Shown: positions 26,556-38,114 of the stretch, piece after piece
Position numbering within the stretch: position 1 is the stretch's first letter
Layout: each line of letters begins with the position of its first letter
DNA from: Mobula hypostoma
Taxonomy: Eukaryota
Direction: 5' to 3'
Length of the DNA stretch: 64,000 nucleotides
Assembly: GCF_963921235.1 (NCBI RefSeq)
Contig: NC_086108.1
Span: 108,378,001-108,442,000, forward strand
The notes under the pieces: generated by a model
What the model was told of the DNA's origin: nothing
Database searches by the model: none
What the model saw: the letters and a program-made list of their open reading frames with translations, nothing else
Made by a program: the position numbers and the translations under genes

Positions 26556-29500
26556 AGTTGTCATTTAGAAGTTGTTACTGTAACTTCTTTAACCACTTTC
26601 TCTGGCTACAGATTCCACACTTTGTTTAAAAGTGCCCGTCAAACAGTATTTCAAATGTTGTACTTGCCTTAACCACTTCCTTTGTCAGCTCATTTCGTAT
26701 ACAGACCACCCCGATGTAAAAGAGCAGCTGATCCCCTCCCCCCCCCACAAAGTTCCTGTTATATCTTTCATATCTCACCTTAATCTTATGTCCTCTTATG
26801 TTTCTTGATTCCTGAACCCTGGAAAAAAAGGACTGTGTATTCACCCTATCTATGGTCCTCATTATCTTATATACCTCTTTAAGATCATCTCTCAGTTTCC
26901 AACGGTGTGAGGAATAAAAAGACCGCGACCGTCCAACCTCTCCCTATACAGTAACTCAGTTGCTTAATGTCCAGGTAATATTTTCTCTGCACTCCTTCTA
27001 GTTCAGTAACATTTTTTCTATGGCCATTCGACCAAACCTGAACACAGTACTCACCAGTGTGTCTTCACCAGATTGCTGTACACAGTGACCTCTTCATTTT
27101 TATAGTCAGTATCCTGACTTATTGAGGCCTGCATGCCAAAAGCTTTCTTCACCACCCTATCGACCTGTGACTCCACTTTCAGTGAGCTAGGTACTTGTCT
27201 TCCAAGGTCCCTGTGTCTTACAACACCACCCGGGGCCCTGCCGGTCACTGTGAAAGACCTACATGGATTTGACTTCCCAAACTCTTCCAGGCACTGAGTT
27301 CCAATTTCTGTTCCCTGCATTGAAAGATTCTTTCAGATTCAGATTTATGTATCACGTGTATATCGAAACATACAATGAAATGTCTCGTCAGGGGTTAACA
27401 ACCAACACAACCCAATGATGTGCTGGTGGCAGCCCACAAATGCCACCACACATTCCAGCGACAACATAGTCTGTCTACGATGTACAGCAGAACAACACAA
27501 GCAACAACAAGAACAACACAAAACAAGGCTCTTTCCAACCCACTCACACATAAAAACAGGCCTCCAACCCCAGGACAAGACATCTCTGGGCCTCTAGTCC
27601 TTAGTCCTGAATTCTCAGACTCACAGGCAAAAGCGAAAACTAAATCTTTTCTGCTTGCACATGATCTATATCACCACCACGCCCCGCTCCCTCCCAACCA
27701 TTCTGTCCACATCCCTGCATTTTCACCAGTCCTTGATCACAGACATTGGCCCTTCGTCCTCCAGTCCTTGCCCTGGATCATCAGGACCCCAGGTAACATT
27801 GGTCCAAAACCGTAAATCTGCAACCCTGGCCCTTGACCTTGCTTTGATTGGTAGCAGCTCCTCTCTCTCTACCCCATTTCAGCCCTTTGGGATCATGTGC
27901 ACCGTCTCTCAACTCTTTCAATCTCTCCTACTCCAAGGGGAGATACTTCCAACTCCTCCAGTCTAACGTTGGAGCTGAATTCCATTGTCCTTGTATGAGG
28001 TTACTGAACCTTACCAGGAATAAAGCAGCGATCTGTGACTCTAAACCTCTCCCAACTGGCTTCAGTTCCCTCTGTCTGTAGCATGGCCAGAAAGGTCAGT
28101 TTAGCTTGACAATTTCGAAGGCCAATTTCAGGTTCTGAATAGAAGCCAAGTAAGTATTAATCTCAGTCTCGAGGGTTCACATTTGTCAGAAGTGAAGTAA
28201 TTTCACTGGTATTCTAGAAACCCGGGCCACTGTTTGTATGGATATTTACAATGCCTTAACGCAGTTTGTTTTGCTAAATGGCTTTCTCGTCCTTGGTCGC
28301 GGAAAGTATTTCTTCATAATTTTGCACTCTTCAGAGACTGAAGCAGCTTGTTTATCAACAATCCAGTGGCTGTCAAGGGGCTCTGTGATAACTACATTCT
28401 TGGCTTGTTCAATAACTGCCAGCCACATAGCAACTTACGGTATTTGCATAGAATAATGACAGCAGGTACTATTCTGTAACAGTACAGTGCGGTTTGGGAA
28501 ATTGGTTATCAGGAACTAGATGCTCTGTTTCCAAGGGTAGTGGAGGCCATTTTGGAAGGAGAATTGGACTAAGATTCACAAGGAGGAATACACACACCAG
28601 TCCGGATAGAGGGATCAGAATCGGAAAGAGTGAGCAAATCGACACAACTACGAAGAAGGCATGATAGCTGCCATATTTCATGAGAGGTTAGAGGAGATTT
28701 AGTCTGTCATCAAAAACACTCACAAATTTCTATAGATGTACCATGGAGAGCATTCTGACTGGCTGCATCACCACCTGGTGTGGGGTGGGGGCATTACGGA
28801 GAGTCAAAAAAAGCTGCAGGGAGTTGTGAAATTAGTCAGCTCCATCATGGGCGCTAGTCTCCATAGTACCCAGGCCGCCTTCAAGGAGCGATGCCTCAAA
28901 GAGGTGGTATCCATCATTAAGGACCCCAATTACCCAGGACATGCCCTCTTCTCATTGCTACCATCAGGAAGGAGGTACAGAAGTCTGAAGGCACACACTC
29001 AGTGATATAGGAACAGTTTCTTCCCCTCTGCTATCTGGTTTCTGAATGGACATTGAGCCCATGAACACTACCTCACTATTTTTCCATTTCTGTTTTCGCA
29101 CAACTTATTTAACTATTTAATATATATACTTGCTGTAATTCACAGTTTTTTTTTCTACGATTGCGTGTTCCATTGTACTGCTGTCGCAGACATCAAATTC
29201 CACAACCTATGCTGGTGATACTAAACCTGATTCTGATTCTCATCATAGAACGTAGCACAGTCCAGGCCCTTCAGCTGACCCCTTAACCTACTCTTAATCA
29301 ATCCAATCTTTTCCTCCCACATACACTCCATTTTGTATTCATCCATGTGCCTATCTAAGAGTCTCTTAAATGTCCCTAATGTATCTGACTCTACCACCAC
29401 CTCTGACAGCATGTTGCACATACCCACCACTCTGTATAAAAAAAAACCTACCTCTGACACCTCCGCTATACTTCAATCACCTTAAAATTGCACCCCCTTC

Positions 29501-30010
29501 CTTGTTATGTTTTGTAACTTCAAAACAATAAACCAATTCAAAGGAAAACAAGAGAGTCACAAAATGCAAGTTTTAGTTTATATTTTACTTTAAGCGGGGT
29601 GCGCACACGTCTTGTGGTAGTGTGATGACATATGCAATTCACGCATTTATACATGTAACCCATAATGAAATATTTAAATGACCAAGAATGCTTAATAAAC
29701 CAACATATTAACAAGATTACTGAAATATTAAATACACAGTGTTCGTATTAGCCATTTCTGCCCTGGGAAAAAGGCTCTGACTTGATCAATGTACACCTGT
29801 GTCATCTTGTACACCTGTGTCAGGTCACCTCTCATCGTCCTTCACCTCAGAGAGAAGAGCTCTAGCTTACTCAAACGATTGTCATAGGGCACGCTCTCTA
29901 ATCCAGGCAGCATCCTAGTAAATCTCCCCTGTACCCTCTCTAAAGCTTCTACATCCTCCCTATAATGAGATGAACAGAACCAAAAATCATACTCCCAAGC
30001 TGCAACATTA

Positions 30011-33000
30011 CATAGAAACATAGAAACATAGAAAATAGGTGCAGGAGTAGGCCATTCGGCCCTTCGAGCCTGCACCGCCATTTATTATGATCATGGCTGA
30101 TCATCCAACTCAGAACCCAGCCTTCCCTCCATACCCCCTGACCCCTGTAGCCACAAGGGCCATATCTAACTCCCTCTTAAACATAGCCAATGAACTGGCC
30201 TCAACAGTTTGCTGTGGCAGAGAATTCCACAGATTCACCACTCTCTGTGTGAAGAAGTTTTTCCTAATCTCGGTCCTAAAAGGCTTCCCCTCTATCCTCA
30301 AACTGTGACCCCTCGTTCTGGACCTCCCCAACATCGGGAACAATCTTCCCGCATCTAGCCTGTCCAATCCCTTTAGGATCTTATACGTTTCAATCAGATC
30401 CCCCCTCAATCTTCTAAATTCCAATGAGTACAAGCCCAGTTCATCCAGTCTTTCTTCATATGAAAGACCTGCCATCCCAGGAATCAATCTGGTGAACCTT
30501 CTTTGTACTCCCTCTATGGCAAAGATGTCTTTCCTCAGATTAGGAGACCAAAACTGCACACAATACTCCAGGTGTGGTCTCACCAAGGCCTTGTACAACT
30601 GCAGTAGTACCTCCCTGCTCCTGTACTCGAATCCTCTCGCTATAAATGCCAGCATACCGTTCGCCTTTTTCACTGCCTGCTGTACCTGCATGCCCACTTT
30701 CAACGACTGGTGTATAATGACACCCAGGTCTCGTTGCACCTCCCCTTTTCCTAATCGGCCACCATTCAGATAATAATCTGTTTTCCTATTTTTGCCACCA
30801 AAGTGGATAACTTCACATTTATCCACATTAAATTGCATTTGCCATGAGTTTGCCCACTCACCCAACCTATCCAAGTCACCCTGCATCCTCTTAGCATCCT
30901 CCTCACTGCTAACACTGCCACCCAGCTTCGTGTCATCCGCAAACTTGGAGATGCTGCATTTAATTCCCTCATCCAAGTCATTAATATATATTGTAAACAA
31001 CTGGGGTCCCAGCACTGAGCCTTGCGGTACCCCACTAGTTACCGCCTGCCATTCTGAAAAGGTCCCGTTTATTCCCACTCTTTGCTTCCTGTCTGCTAAC
31101 CAATTCTCCACCCACACCAATACCTTACCCCCAATACCGTGTGCTTTAAGTTTGCACACTAATCTCCTGTGTGGGACCTTGTCAAAAGCCTTTTGAAAAT
31201 CCAAATATACCACATCCACTGGTTCTCCCCTATCCACTCTACTAGTTACATCCTCAAAAAATTCTATGAGATTCGTCAGACATGATTTTCCTTTCACAAA
31301 TCCATGCTGACTTTGTCCGATCATTTCTCCGCTTTCCAAATGTGCTGTTATCACATCCTTGATAACTGACTCCAGCAGTTTCCCCACCACCGACGTTAGG
31401 CTAACTGGCCTATAATTCCCCGGTTTCTCTCTCCCTCCTTTTTTAAAAAGTGGGGTTACATTAGCCACCCTCCAATCCTCAGGAACTAGTCCAGAATCTA
31501 ACAAGTTTTGAAAAATTATCACTAATGCATCCACTATTTCTTGGGCTACTTCCTTAAGCACTCTAGGATGCAGACCATCTGGCCCTGGGGATTTATCTGC
31601 CTTCAATCCCTTCAATTTACCTAACACCACTTCCCTACTAACATGTATTTCACTCAGTTCCTCCATCTCACTGGACCCTCTGTCCCCTACTATTTCTGGA
31701 AGATTATTTATGTCCTCCTTAGTGAAGACAGAACCAAAGTAATTATTCAATTGGTCTGCCATGTCCTTGCTCCCCATAATCAATTCACCTGTTTCTGTCT
31801 GCAGGGGACCTACATTTGTCTTTACCAGTCTTTTCCTTTTTACATATCTATAAAAGCTTTTACAGTCCGTTTTCATGTTCTCTGCCAGTTTTCTCTCAAA
31901 ATCTTTTTTCCCCTTCCTAATTAAGCCCTTTGTCCTCCTCTGCTGAACTCTGAATTTCTCCCAGTCCTCAGGTGAGCCACTTTCTCTGGCTAATTTGTAT
32001 GCTACTTCTTTGGAATTGATACTATCCCTAATTTCTCTTGTCAGCCACGGGTGCACTACCTTCCTTGATTTATTCTTTTGCCAAACTGGGATGAACAATT
32101 GTTGTAGTTCATCCATGCAACCTTTAAATGCTTGCCATTGCATATCCACCGTCAATCCTTTAAGTGTCATTTGCCAGTCTATCTTAGCTAATTCACGTCT
32201 CATACCTTCAAAGTTACCCCTCTTTAAGTTCAGAACCTTTGTTTCTGAATTAACTATGTCACTCTCCATGTTAATGAAGAATTCCACCATATTATGGTCA
32301 CTCTTACCCAAGGGGCCTCTCACGACAAGATCGCTAATTAACCCTTCCTCATTGCTCAAAACCCAGTCCAGAATAGCCTGCTCTCTAGTTGGTTCCTCGA
32401 CATGTTGGTTCAAAAAACCATCCCGCATACATTCCAAGAAATCCTCTTCCTCAGCACCTTTACCAATTTGGTTCACCCAGTCTACATGTAGATTGAAGTC
32501 ACCCATTATAACTGCTGTTCCTTTATTGCACACATTTCTAATTTCCTCTTGAATACCATCTCCGACCTCACTACTACTGTTAGGTGGCCTGTACACAACT
32601 CCCACCAGCGTCTTCTGCCCCTTAGTGTTACGCAGCTCTACCCATATTGATTCCACATCTTCCCGGCTTATGTCCTTCCTTTCTATTGCGTTAATCTCTT
32701 TTTTAACCAGCAACGCCACCCCACCTCCCCTTCCTTCATGTCTATCCCTCCTGAATATTGAATATCCCTGAACGTTGAGCTCCCATCCCTGGTCACCCTG
32801 GAGCCATGTCTCTGTGATCCCAACTATATCATAATCATTAATAACAATCTGCACTTTCAATTCATCCACCTTATTACAAATGCTCCTTGCATTGACACAC
32901 AAAGCCTTCAGGCGCTCTTTTACAACTCTCTTAGCCCTTGTACAATTACGTTGAAAAGTGGCCCTTTTTAATGCTTGCCCTGGATTTGTCGGCCTGCCAC

Positions 33001-33258
33001 TTTTACTTTTCTCCTTTGTACTTTTTGCTTCTACGCTCACTTTACACCCCTCTGTCTCTCTGCACTGGTTCCCATCCCTCTGTTGTGAACTAACCTCCTC
33101 ACGCCTAGCCTCTTTAATTTGATTCCCACCCCCCAACCATTCTAGTTTAAAGTCACCTCAGTAGCCCCCGCTAATCTCCCTGCCAGGATATTGGTCCCCC
33201 TAGGATTCAAGTGTAACCCGTCCTTTTTGTACAAGTCACGCCTGCACCAAAAGAGGTC
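30011..33258 (-). mobile_element. Young CR1 LINE, 5'-truncated within ORF1, ORF2 intact
   Basis: (TTTCTATG)n 3' tail at 30011-30035, uninterrupted ORF2, last 38 codons of ORF1 (DLFWCRRDLYKKDGLHLNPRGTNILAGRLAGATEVTLN*). Confidence 0.95.
30110..33151 (-). CDS. CR1 ORF2: APE endonuclease plus reverse transcriptase
   Basis: Motifs NARSI, GITETWL, GDFN, SDH (APE) and NYRPVSLTS, YLDFQKAFDKV, GVPQGSVLGP, FADD (RT). No stop in more than 1000 codons; the ORF-track start at 33136 is TTG, not ATG. Confidence 0.93.
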   Translation of the reverse strand, partial: FKLEWLGGGNQIKEARREEVSSQQRDGNQCRETEGCKVSVEAKSTKEKSKSGRPTNPGQALKRATFQRNCTRAKRVVKERLKALCVNARSICNKVDELKVQIVINDYDIVGITETWLQGDQGWELNVQGYSIFRRDRHEGRGGGVALLVKKEINAIERKDISREDVESIWVELRNTKGQKTLVGVVYRPPNSSSEVGDGIQEEIRNVCNKGTAVIMGDFNLHVDWVNQIGKGAEEEDFLECMRDGFLNQHVEEPTREQAILDWVLSNEEGLISDLVVRGPLGKSDHNMVEFFINMESDIVNSETKVLNLKRGNFEGMRRELAKIDWQMTLKGLTVDMQWQAFKGCMDELQQLFIPVWQKNKSRKVVHPWLTREIRDSINSKEVAYKLARESGSPEDWEKFRVQQRRTKGLIRKGKKDFERKLAENMKTDCKSFYRYVKRKRLVKTNVGPLQTETGELIMGSKDMADQLNNYFGSVFTKEDINNLPEIVGDRGSSEMEELSEIHVSREVVLGKLKGLKADKSPGPDGLHPRVLKEVAQEIVDALVIIFQNLLDSGLVPEDWRVANVTPLFKKGGREKPGNYRPVSLTSVVGKLLESVIKDVITAHLESGEMIGQSQHGFVKGKSCLTNLIEFFEDVTSRVDRGEPVDVVYLDFQKAFDKVPHRRLVCKLKAHGIGGKVLVWVENWLADRKQRVGINGTFSEWQAVTSGVPQGSVLGPQLFTIYINDLDEGIKCSISKFADDTKLGGSVSSEEDAKRMQGDLDRLGEWANSWQMQFNVDKCEVIHFGGKNRKTDYYLNGGRLGKGEVQRDLGVIIHQSLKVGMQVQQAVKKANGMLAFIARGFEYRSREVLLQLYKALVRPHLEYCVQFWSPNLRKDIFAIEGVQRRFTRLIPGMAGLSYEERLDELGLYSLEFRRLRGDLIETYKILKGLDRLDAGRLFPMLGRSRTRGHSLRIEGKPFRTEIRKNFFTQRVVNLWNSLPQQTVEASSLAMFKRELDMALVATGVRGYGGKAGF

Positions 33259-36200
33259 TCACGGCCCTTCAACTCAGTCACCCAACTAATGAAGGCCAAC
33301 ACATCATACGCTTCCTTAACCAACTTATTAACTTGTGTGGCAACTGAGAGAGCTATGAACGTGGAGCACAAAATGCCTGTTTCTCCACACTACTGAGAAT
33401 CTTGCTATTAACCCTGCATTCTGCCTTCAAGTTTGACCTTTCAAAGTGAATCACTTCAGAATCAGAATCAGAATCAGGTTTAATAGCACCGGCGTATGTC
33501 ATGAAATTTGTTATCTTTATGGCAGCAGTACAATGCAATACATAATATAGAAAAAAACTGAATTATGATAAATATATATATATAAGGCAACACACACAAA
33601 TTGCTGGAGGAACTCAGCAGGCCAGGCAGCATCTATGGAAAAGAATACAATCAACATTTCCATTCACCATAAGACCATTAGATATAGAAGCAGAATTAGG
33701 CCACTTGGCCCATCAAGTCTTCTCCACTATTTCGTTATGACTGATCCATTTTCCCCTCAGCCCTGATCTTCTATCTTCTCCCCATATCCCTTCATGCCCT
33801 GACCAATCAAGAATCTATCAAATCCAACTTAAATGTATATAAAGACTTGGCCTCCATAGCCGCCTGTGGCAAAGAATTCCACAGATTCACCACTCTCTGG
33901 CTAAAGAAATCACCTCCATTCTAAAGGATGCCCCTCTATTTTGAGACTGTGTCATCACCGTGAGGTAATGTAGACTTTCTCACCATAGGAAACATCCTCT
34001 TCACATCCACTCTATTAAGGCCTTTCACCATTCGATAGGTCACAGCACTCATTCTTCTGAATTCGACTGAATACAGACCCAGAGCCATCAATCGCTTTTC
34101 ATAAGATAAGCTATTCATTCCTGGAATCATTTTTGTGAATCTCCTTTGAACCCTCTCCATTTCAGCACATTTTTTCTAAGGGGCCCAAAACTGCTCACAA
34201 TATATCAAGTAAAGCTTCAATACTGTTTCATAAAGTTTCAACATTCTATCCTTGATTTTATATTCTAGTCCTCTTGAAATGATTACAAACATCGCATTTG
34301 CCTTTCTCACCACAGAATCGACCTGCAAATTAACCTTTAGGGAATCCTACACAAAGACTCCCAAGTCTCTTTGCACCTGTTTTTTGTTTTTTCTCTCCAT
34401 CTAGAAAATAGTCAACCCTTTAATTCCTTCTATCAAAGCGCATGACCATACACGTCCCGACACTGTATTCCAGCTGCCATTTCTTTCCCCATTCTCCTAA
34501 TTTGTCTTGTCCTTCTGTAGCCTCTCTACTTCCTCAAAACCACCCGCCCTGCCACCTATCTTCGTATCATTTGCAAACTTTACAACAAAGTCCTCAACTC
34601 CATCATCAAAATCATTGATATATGACGTAAAAAGAATCGGTCCCAACAGAGATCCTTGTGGAACACCACAAGTCACCGGCAGCCAGCCAGAAAAGGCTCC
34701 ATTTATTCCCACTTTTTCTCTCCTGCCCATTGGCCACTCCTTTATCCATGCTGGAATCTTTTCAGTAATACTATGGGTGTTTAGCTTGCTAAACAGCCTC
34801 ATGTGTGGCACCTTGTTAAAGATATTCTGAAAATCCAAATACACAACATCAGTTGATTCTCCTTTGTCTATCCTGCTTGTTTGTTTCTTCAAAGAATTCC
34901 AACAGATTTGTCAGGCAAGATTTTCCCTTGAGGACACCATCTTGAACAAGGCCTATTTTATCATGTACCCCCAAGTACTCTGAGACCTCATCCTTAATCC
35001 TACATCTTCCCAAGCACTAAGATCAGACTAACTGCCCCATAATTTATTTTCTTCTGCCTCTGCCTTCTTGAAGAGTGGAGTGGCATTTGCAATTTTCCAG
35101 TCTTCCAGAAGTAAGATCATTACCAATGGCTCCACAGTCTCCTAAACCACCTCTTTCAGAACCCTGGTGTGTACACCATCTGGCCCAAGTAACTTATCTA
35201 CCTTCAGACCTCTCAGTTTCCCAAGAACATTCTATCTTGTTATGGTAACTTCACATACCTCATGACCCCTGACACCTGGAACTTCCACTATACTGCTAGT
35301 GTCTTCCACAGTGAATACTGATACAAAATACTATTCAGTTTGTCCACCATTCCATTGTCCCCCCACATTACTAACTCTCCAGCATCATTTTTCACTGGTC
35401 CGATATCACCCCTCTTTTACACTTTATGTACCTCAGGAAATTTTTGGTATCCTGTTTAGTATTATTGGGCCCAGACCCTTCATCAGGACTGGAAAAAAAG
35501 ACGAGAATTCAGAGTAAGAAGGTGCGGGGGGGTGGGGGGGGGTGGTTGGAGGATGTACGAGGTGGTAGGTGATAGGTGAAACCAGGAAAGGAGGAGAGGT
35601 GAAACAAAGAGCTGGGAAGTTGATTGTGAAAGAGATAAAGGGCTGGAGGGGGGGGGGGGAATTTGATAGGAGAGTGTACAAGACCATGCAATAAAGGGAA
35701 GGGGGAGGATCACCATATGGAGGTGATGGACAGGTAAGGAAAAAAGAAATATTAGTGAGATAGTGTTCATGGGTTTAATGACCATTCAGAAATCAGATGG
35801 CAGAGGGGAAGAAGCTGTTCCTAAATCACTGAGTTTATGCCCTCAGGTTTCTGTACCTCCTTTCCACACCAGCAGTATGAAGAGGGCAGGTCCTGGGTGG
35901 TGGGCACTGCCATTTTTAGGCACTGCTCCTTGAAGATGTCTTGGATACTATAGAGGCTAATGCCCATGATGGAGTTGACTAATTTTGCAACTCTTTAACA
36001 ACTAATTTTACACTTTACTTTTTTCTGATTTTAATGAGCAAAGTAAGACCAGAAGACATAAAAGAAGAATTCAGCTATTTGACTCATCAAGTCTATTCCA
36101 CCATTAAATCATGGCTGATTTTCTTTGACATGATTCTCCCTTTTTCTCTTATCAGTTACAAACTAGCATCCTCTGCTTTAAATGCACCAAGTGATTTGGT

Positions 36201-36552
36201 CTCCATAGCCATCTGTAGCAATGAATTCTACAGATTCACAGCCCTTTGGATGGAGAAATTCCTCCTCATCCCAGTTTTAAAGGGACATCCCTTTGTCTTG
36301 AGGCTGTGCCCTGGACCCTAGGTTCTCCCACTACAGGAAACATCCTCTGCATGTCCACTCTATCCAGCCCTTTCAGCATTTAGTAGATTTCAATAATATG
36401 TTCCTTAATCCTTCTGAACTCCAGCAAGTACAGGCCGAGAGATATCAGATGATCATCATATGTTAAGCCTTTCATTCATAGGATCATTCTCGTGAGCCAT
36501 TCTTGGCAGAAGTTAACAGAGTAGTGGTTGATTTTTATAGCTTTGAGCAATC

Positions 36553-36555
<3 letters not shown>

Positions 36556-36610
<55 letters not shown>
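36556..36610 (+). repeat. (CA)n microsatellite
   Basis: Perfect CA run. Others: (GT)n 13176-13208, (TA)n 26526-26552, (CA)n about 63300-63337 in the 3' UTR, and a degenerate CA-rich tract at 39530-39725. Confidence 0.95.
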
Positions 36611-36613
<3 letters not shown>

Positions 36614-37436
36614 CGGCCCTCTCCTGAATCAGAATATTTACTGCCACACATTATATGGGTACTGATGGGTCTCTATCCTGGGACTTCCAACCCAAGGGTA
36701 CCATTACCACACAGACTGCAACAGTTACTGAAAGGGCCTCAACACTACTATCTCGGCAGTACTTAGAGATGGGCAAAGTGAAAGGAAATTTATTACTTAC
36801 TATAACAAATAGATGTTGAGAGACTGATATCCCATATACTAAAATAAAAGCAATTTAAAAATGAAACTGCTCCTATCGGCATACCTGTATTTACCCCAGT
36901 GAACTTTGGGGAAATGGAGACTTCTTTTGGTACATTCTACAAATGTTGTAAATCGAAGATTTTGTGAGAGTCTTGGGCAGTTTATTTTTTTTATTTCTGA
37001 CTGTGGAGATTTAACAGGCTGAACGTTTTCACTGTGTGGAAAAATGAGAGGAACCACAAGGCAGTGGATTGTGGTGAGACCACACACGTCCCTGCCGAAA
37101 GTTTACTCTTTGAAACAGTCGCGTGGCTGAGCCACAGTGCAGTGCCTTTTCCAGCAGCTCTCCTTGTGATCGGATGCAGTCTGGGATGGCACTGAGGACA
37201 ATTTATAAGAAAGAGAAGAAAAAAAATCAAAGTTGCTTCTCAGTTGCTGGAATGGTGGAGAAACCAGCCAGCTGGGTTCAAAGCATTTCTGGGACCCTGG
37301 GAGGCAGTTGAGGATTTAGGCTGAGAGTGGGTTAGATGGGGAGAGGAAAGCCAGAAAGGAACATGATGCCTATTGATGTCAGCTGGCGAGATGTTTGAAA
37401 ATCACTTTCCCTGCATACAGCACGGACAGAGACAGA

Positions 37437-38007
37437 AGGAGAGAGAGGAGGAGGGAAGGAAGGGGAGAGAGGGGAAGCAGGAGAGGAAGAGAGAGAGGGG
37501 AAGGGAAGGAAGGGGAGAGAGGGGAAGCAGGAGAGGAAGAGAGGGGGAGGGAAGGAAGGGGAGAGAGGGGAAGCAGGAGAGGAAGAGAGAGAGGGGGAGG
37601 GAAGGAAGGGGAGAGAGGGGAAGCGGGAGAGGAAGAGAGAGAGGGGAAGGGAAAGAAGGGGAGAGAGGGGAAGCAGGAGAGGAAGAGAGAGGGGGGAGGG
37701 AAGGAAGGGGAGAGAGGGGAAGCAGGAGAGGAAGAGAGAGGGGGGAGGGAAGGAAGGGGAGAGAGGGGAAGCAGGAGAGGGAGGGGGAGGGAAGGAAGGG
37801 GAGAGAGGGGAAGCAGGAGAGGAAGAGAGAGAGGGGAAGCGGGAGAGGAAGAGAGAGAGGGGAAGGGAAGGAAGGGGAGAGAGGGGAAGCAGGAGAGGAA
37901 GAGAGAGGGGGGAGGGAAGGAAGGGGAGAGAGGGGAAGCAGGAGAGGAAGAGAGAGGGGGAGGGAAGGAAGGGGAGAGAGGGGAAGCAGGAGAGGAAGAG
38001 AGAGAGA
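37437..38007 (+). repeat. Polypurine minisatellite, about 49-nt unit, 12 copies
   Basis: Unit GGGAAGGAAGGGGAGAGAGGGGAAGCAGGAGAGGAAGAGAGAG(G)n; GAAGC recurs 12 times, mostly 46-50 nt apart. Confidence 0.95.
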
Positions 38008-38070
38008 CAAAAGCTGCAGCATTTTCCTCTCTCTTTTTTTCTTCTTACCCCTTTGCTTCTGCTCACACAG

Positions 38071-38114
38071 TAATCACAATGTTTGCGAAGACTATTATAA
38101 CAACACTTACCAGG
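38071..38114 (+). other. ADGRL2: ICL3 cassette-exon homolog of ADGRL2 (44 nt; frameshifting as written)
   Basis: Long pyrimidine tract plus cacag acceptor (38069-70), donor G|gtaaga (38115). Reads NHNVCEDYYN, resembling the mammalian latrophilin-2 ICL3 insert NYRVCDGYYNTDLPG (recalled), and lies in the expected intron. Confidence 0.75.

Noticed and set aside
30492..32552. Plus-strand ORFs of 93-185 aa
   Set aside because: They are antisense shadows of CR1 ORF2 with no independent motifs.
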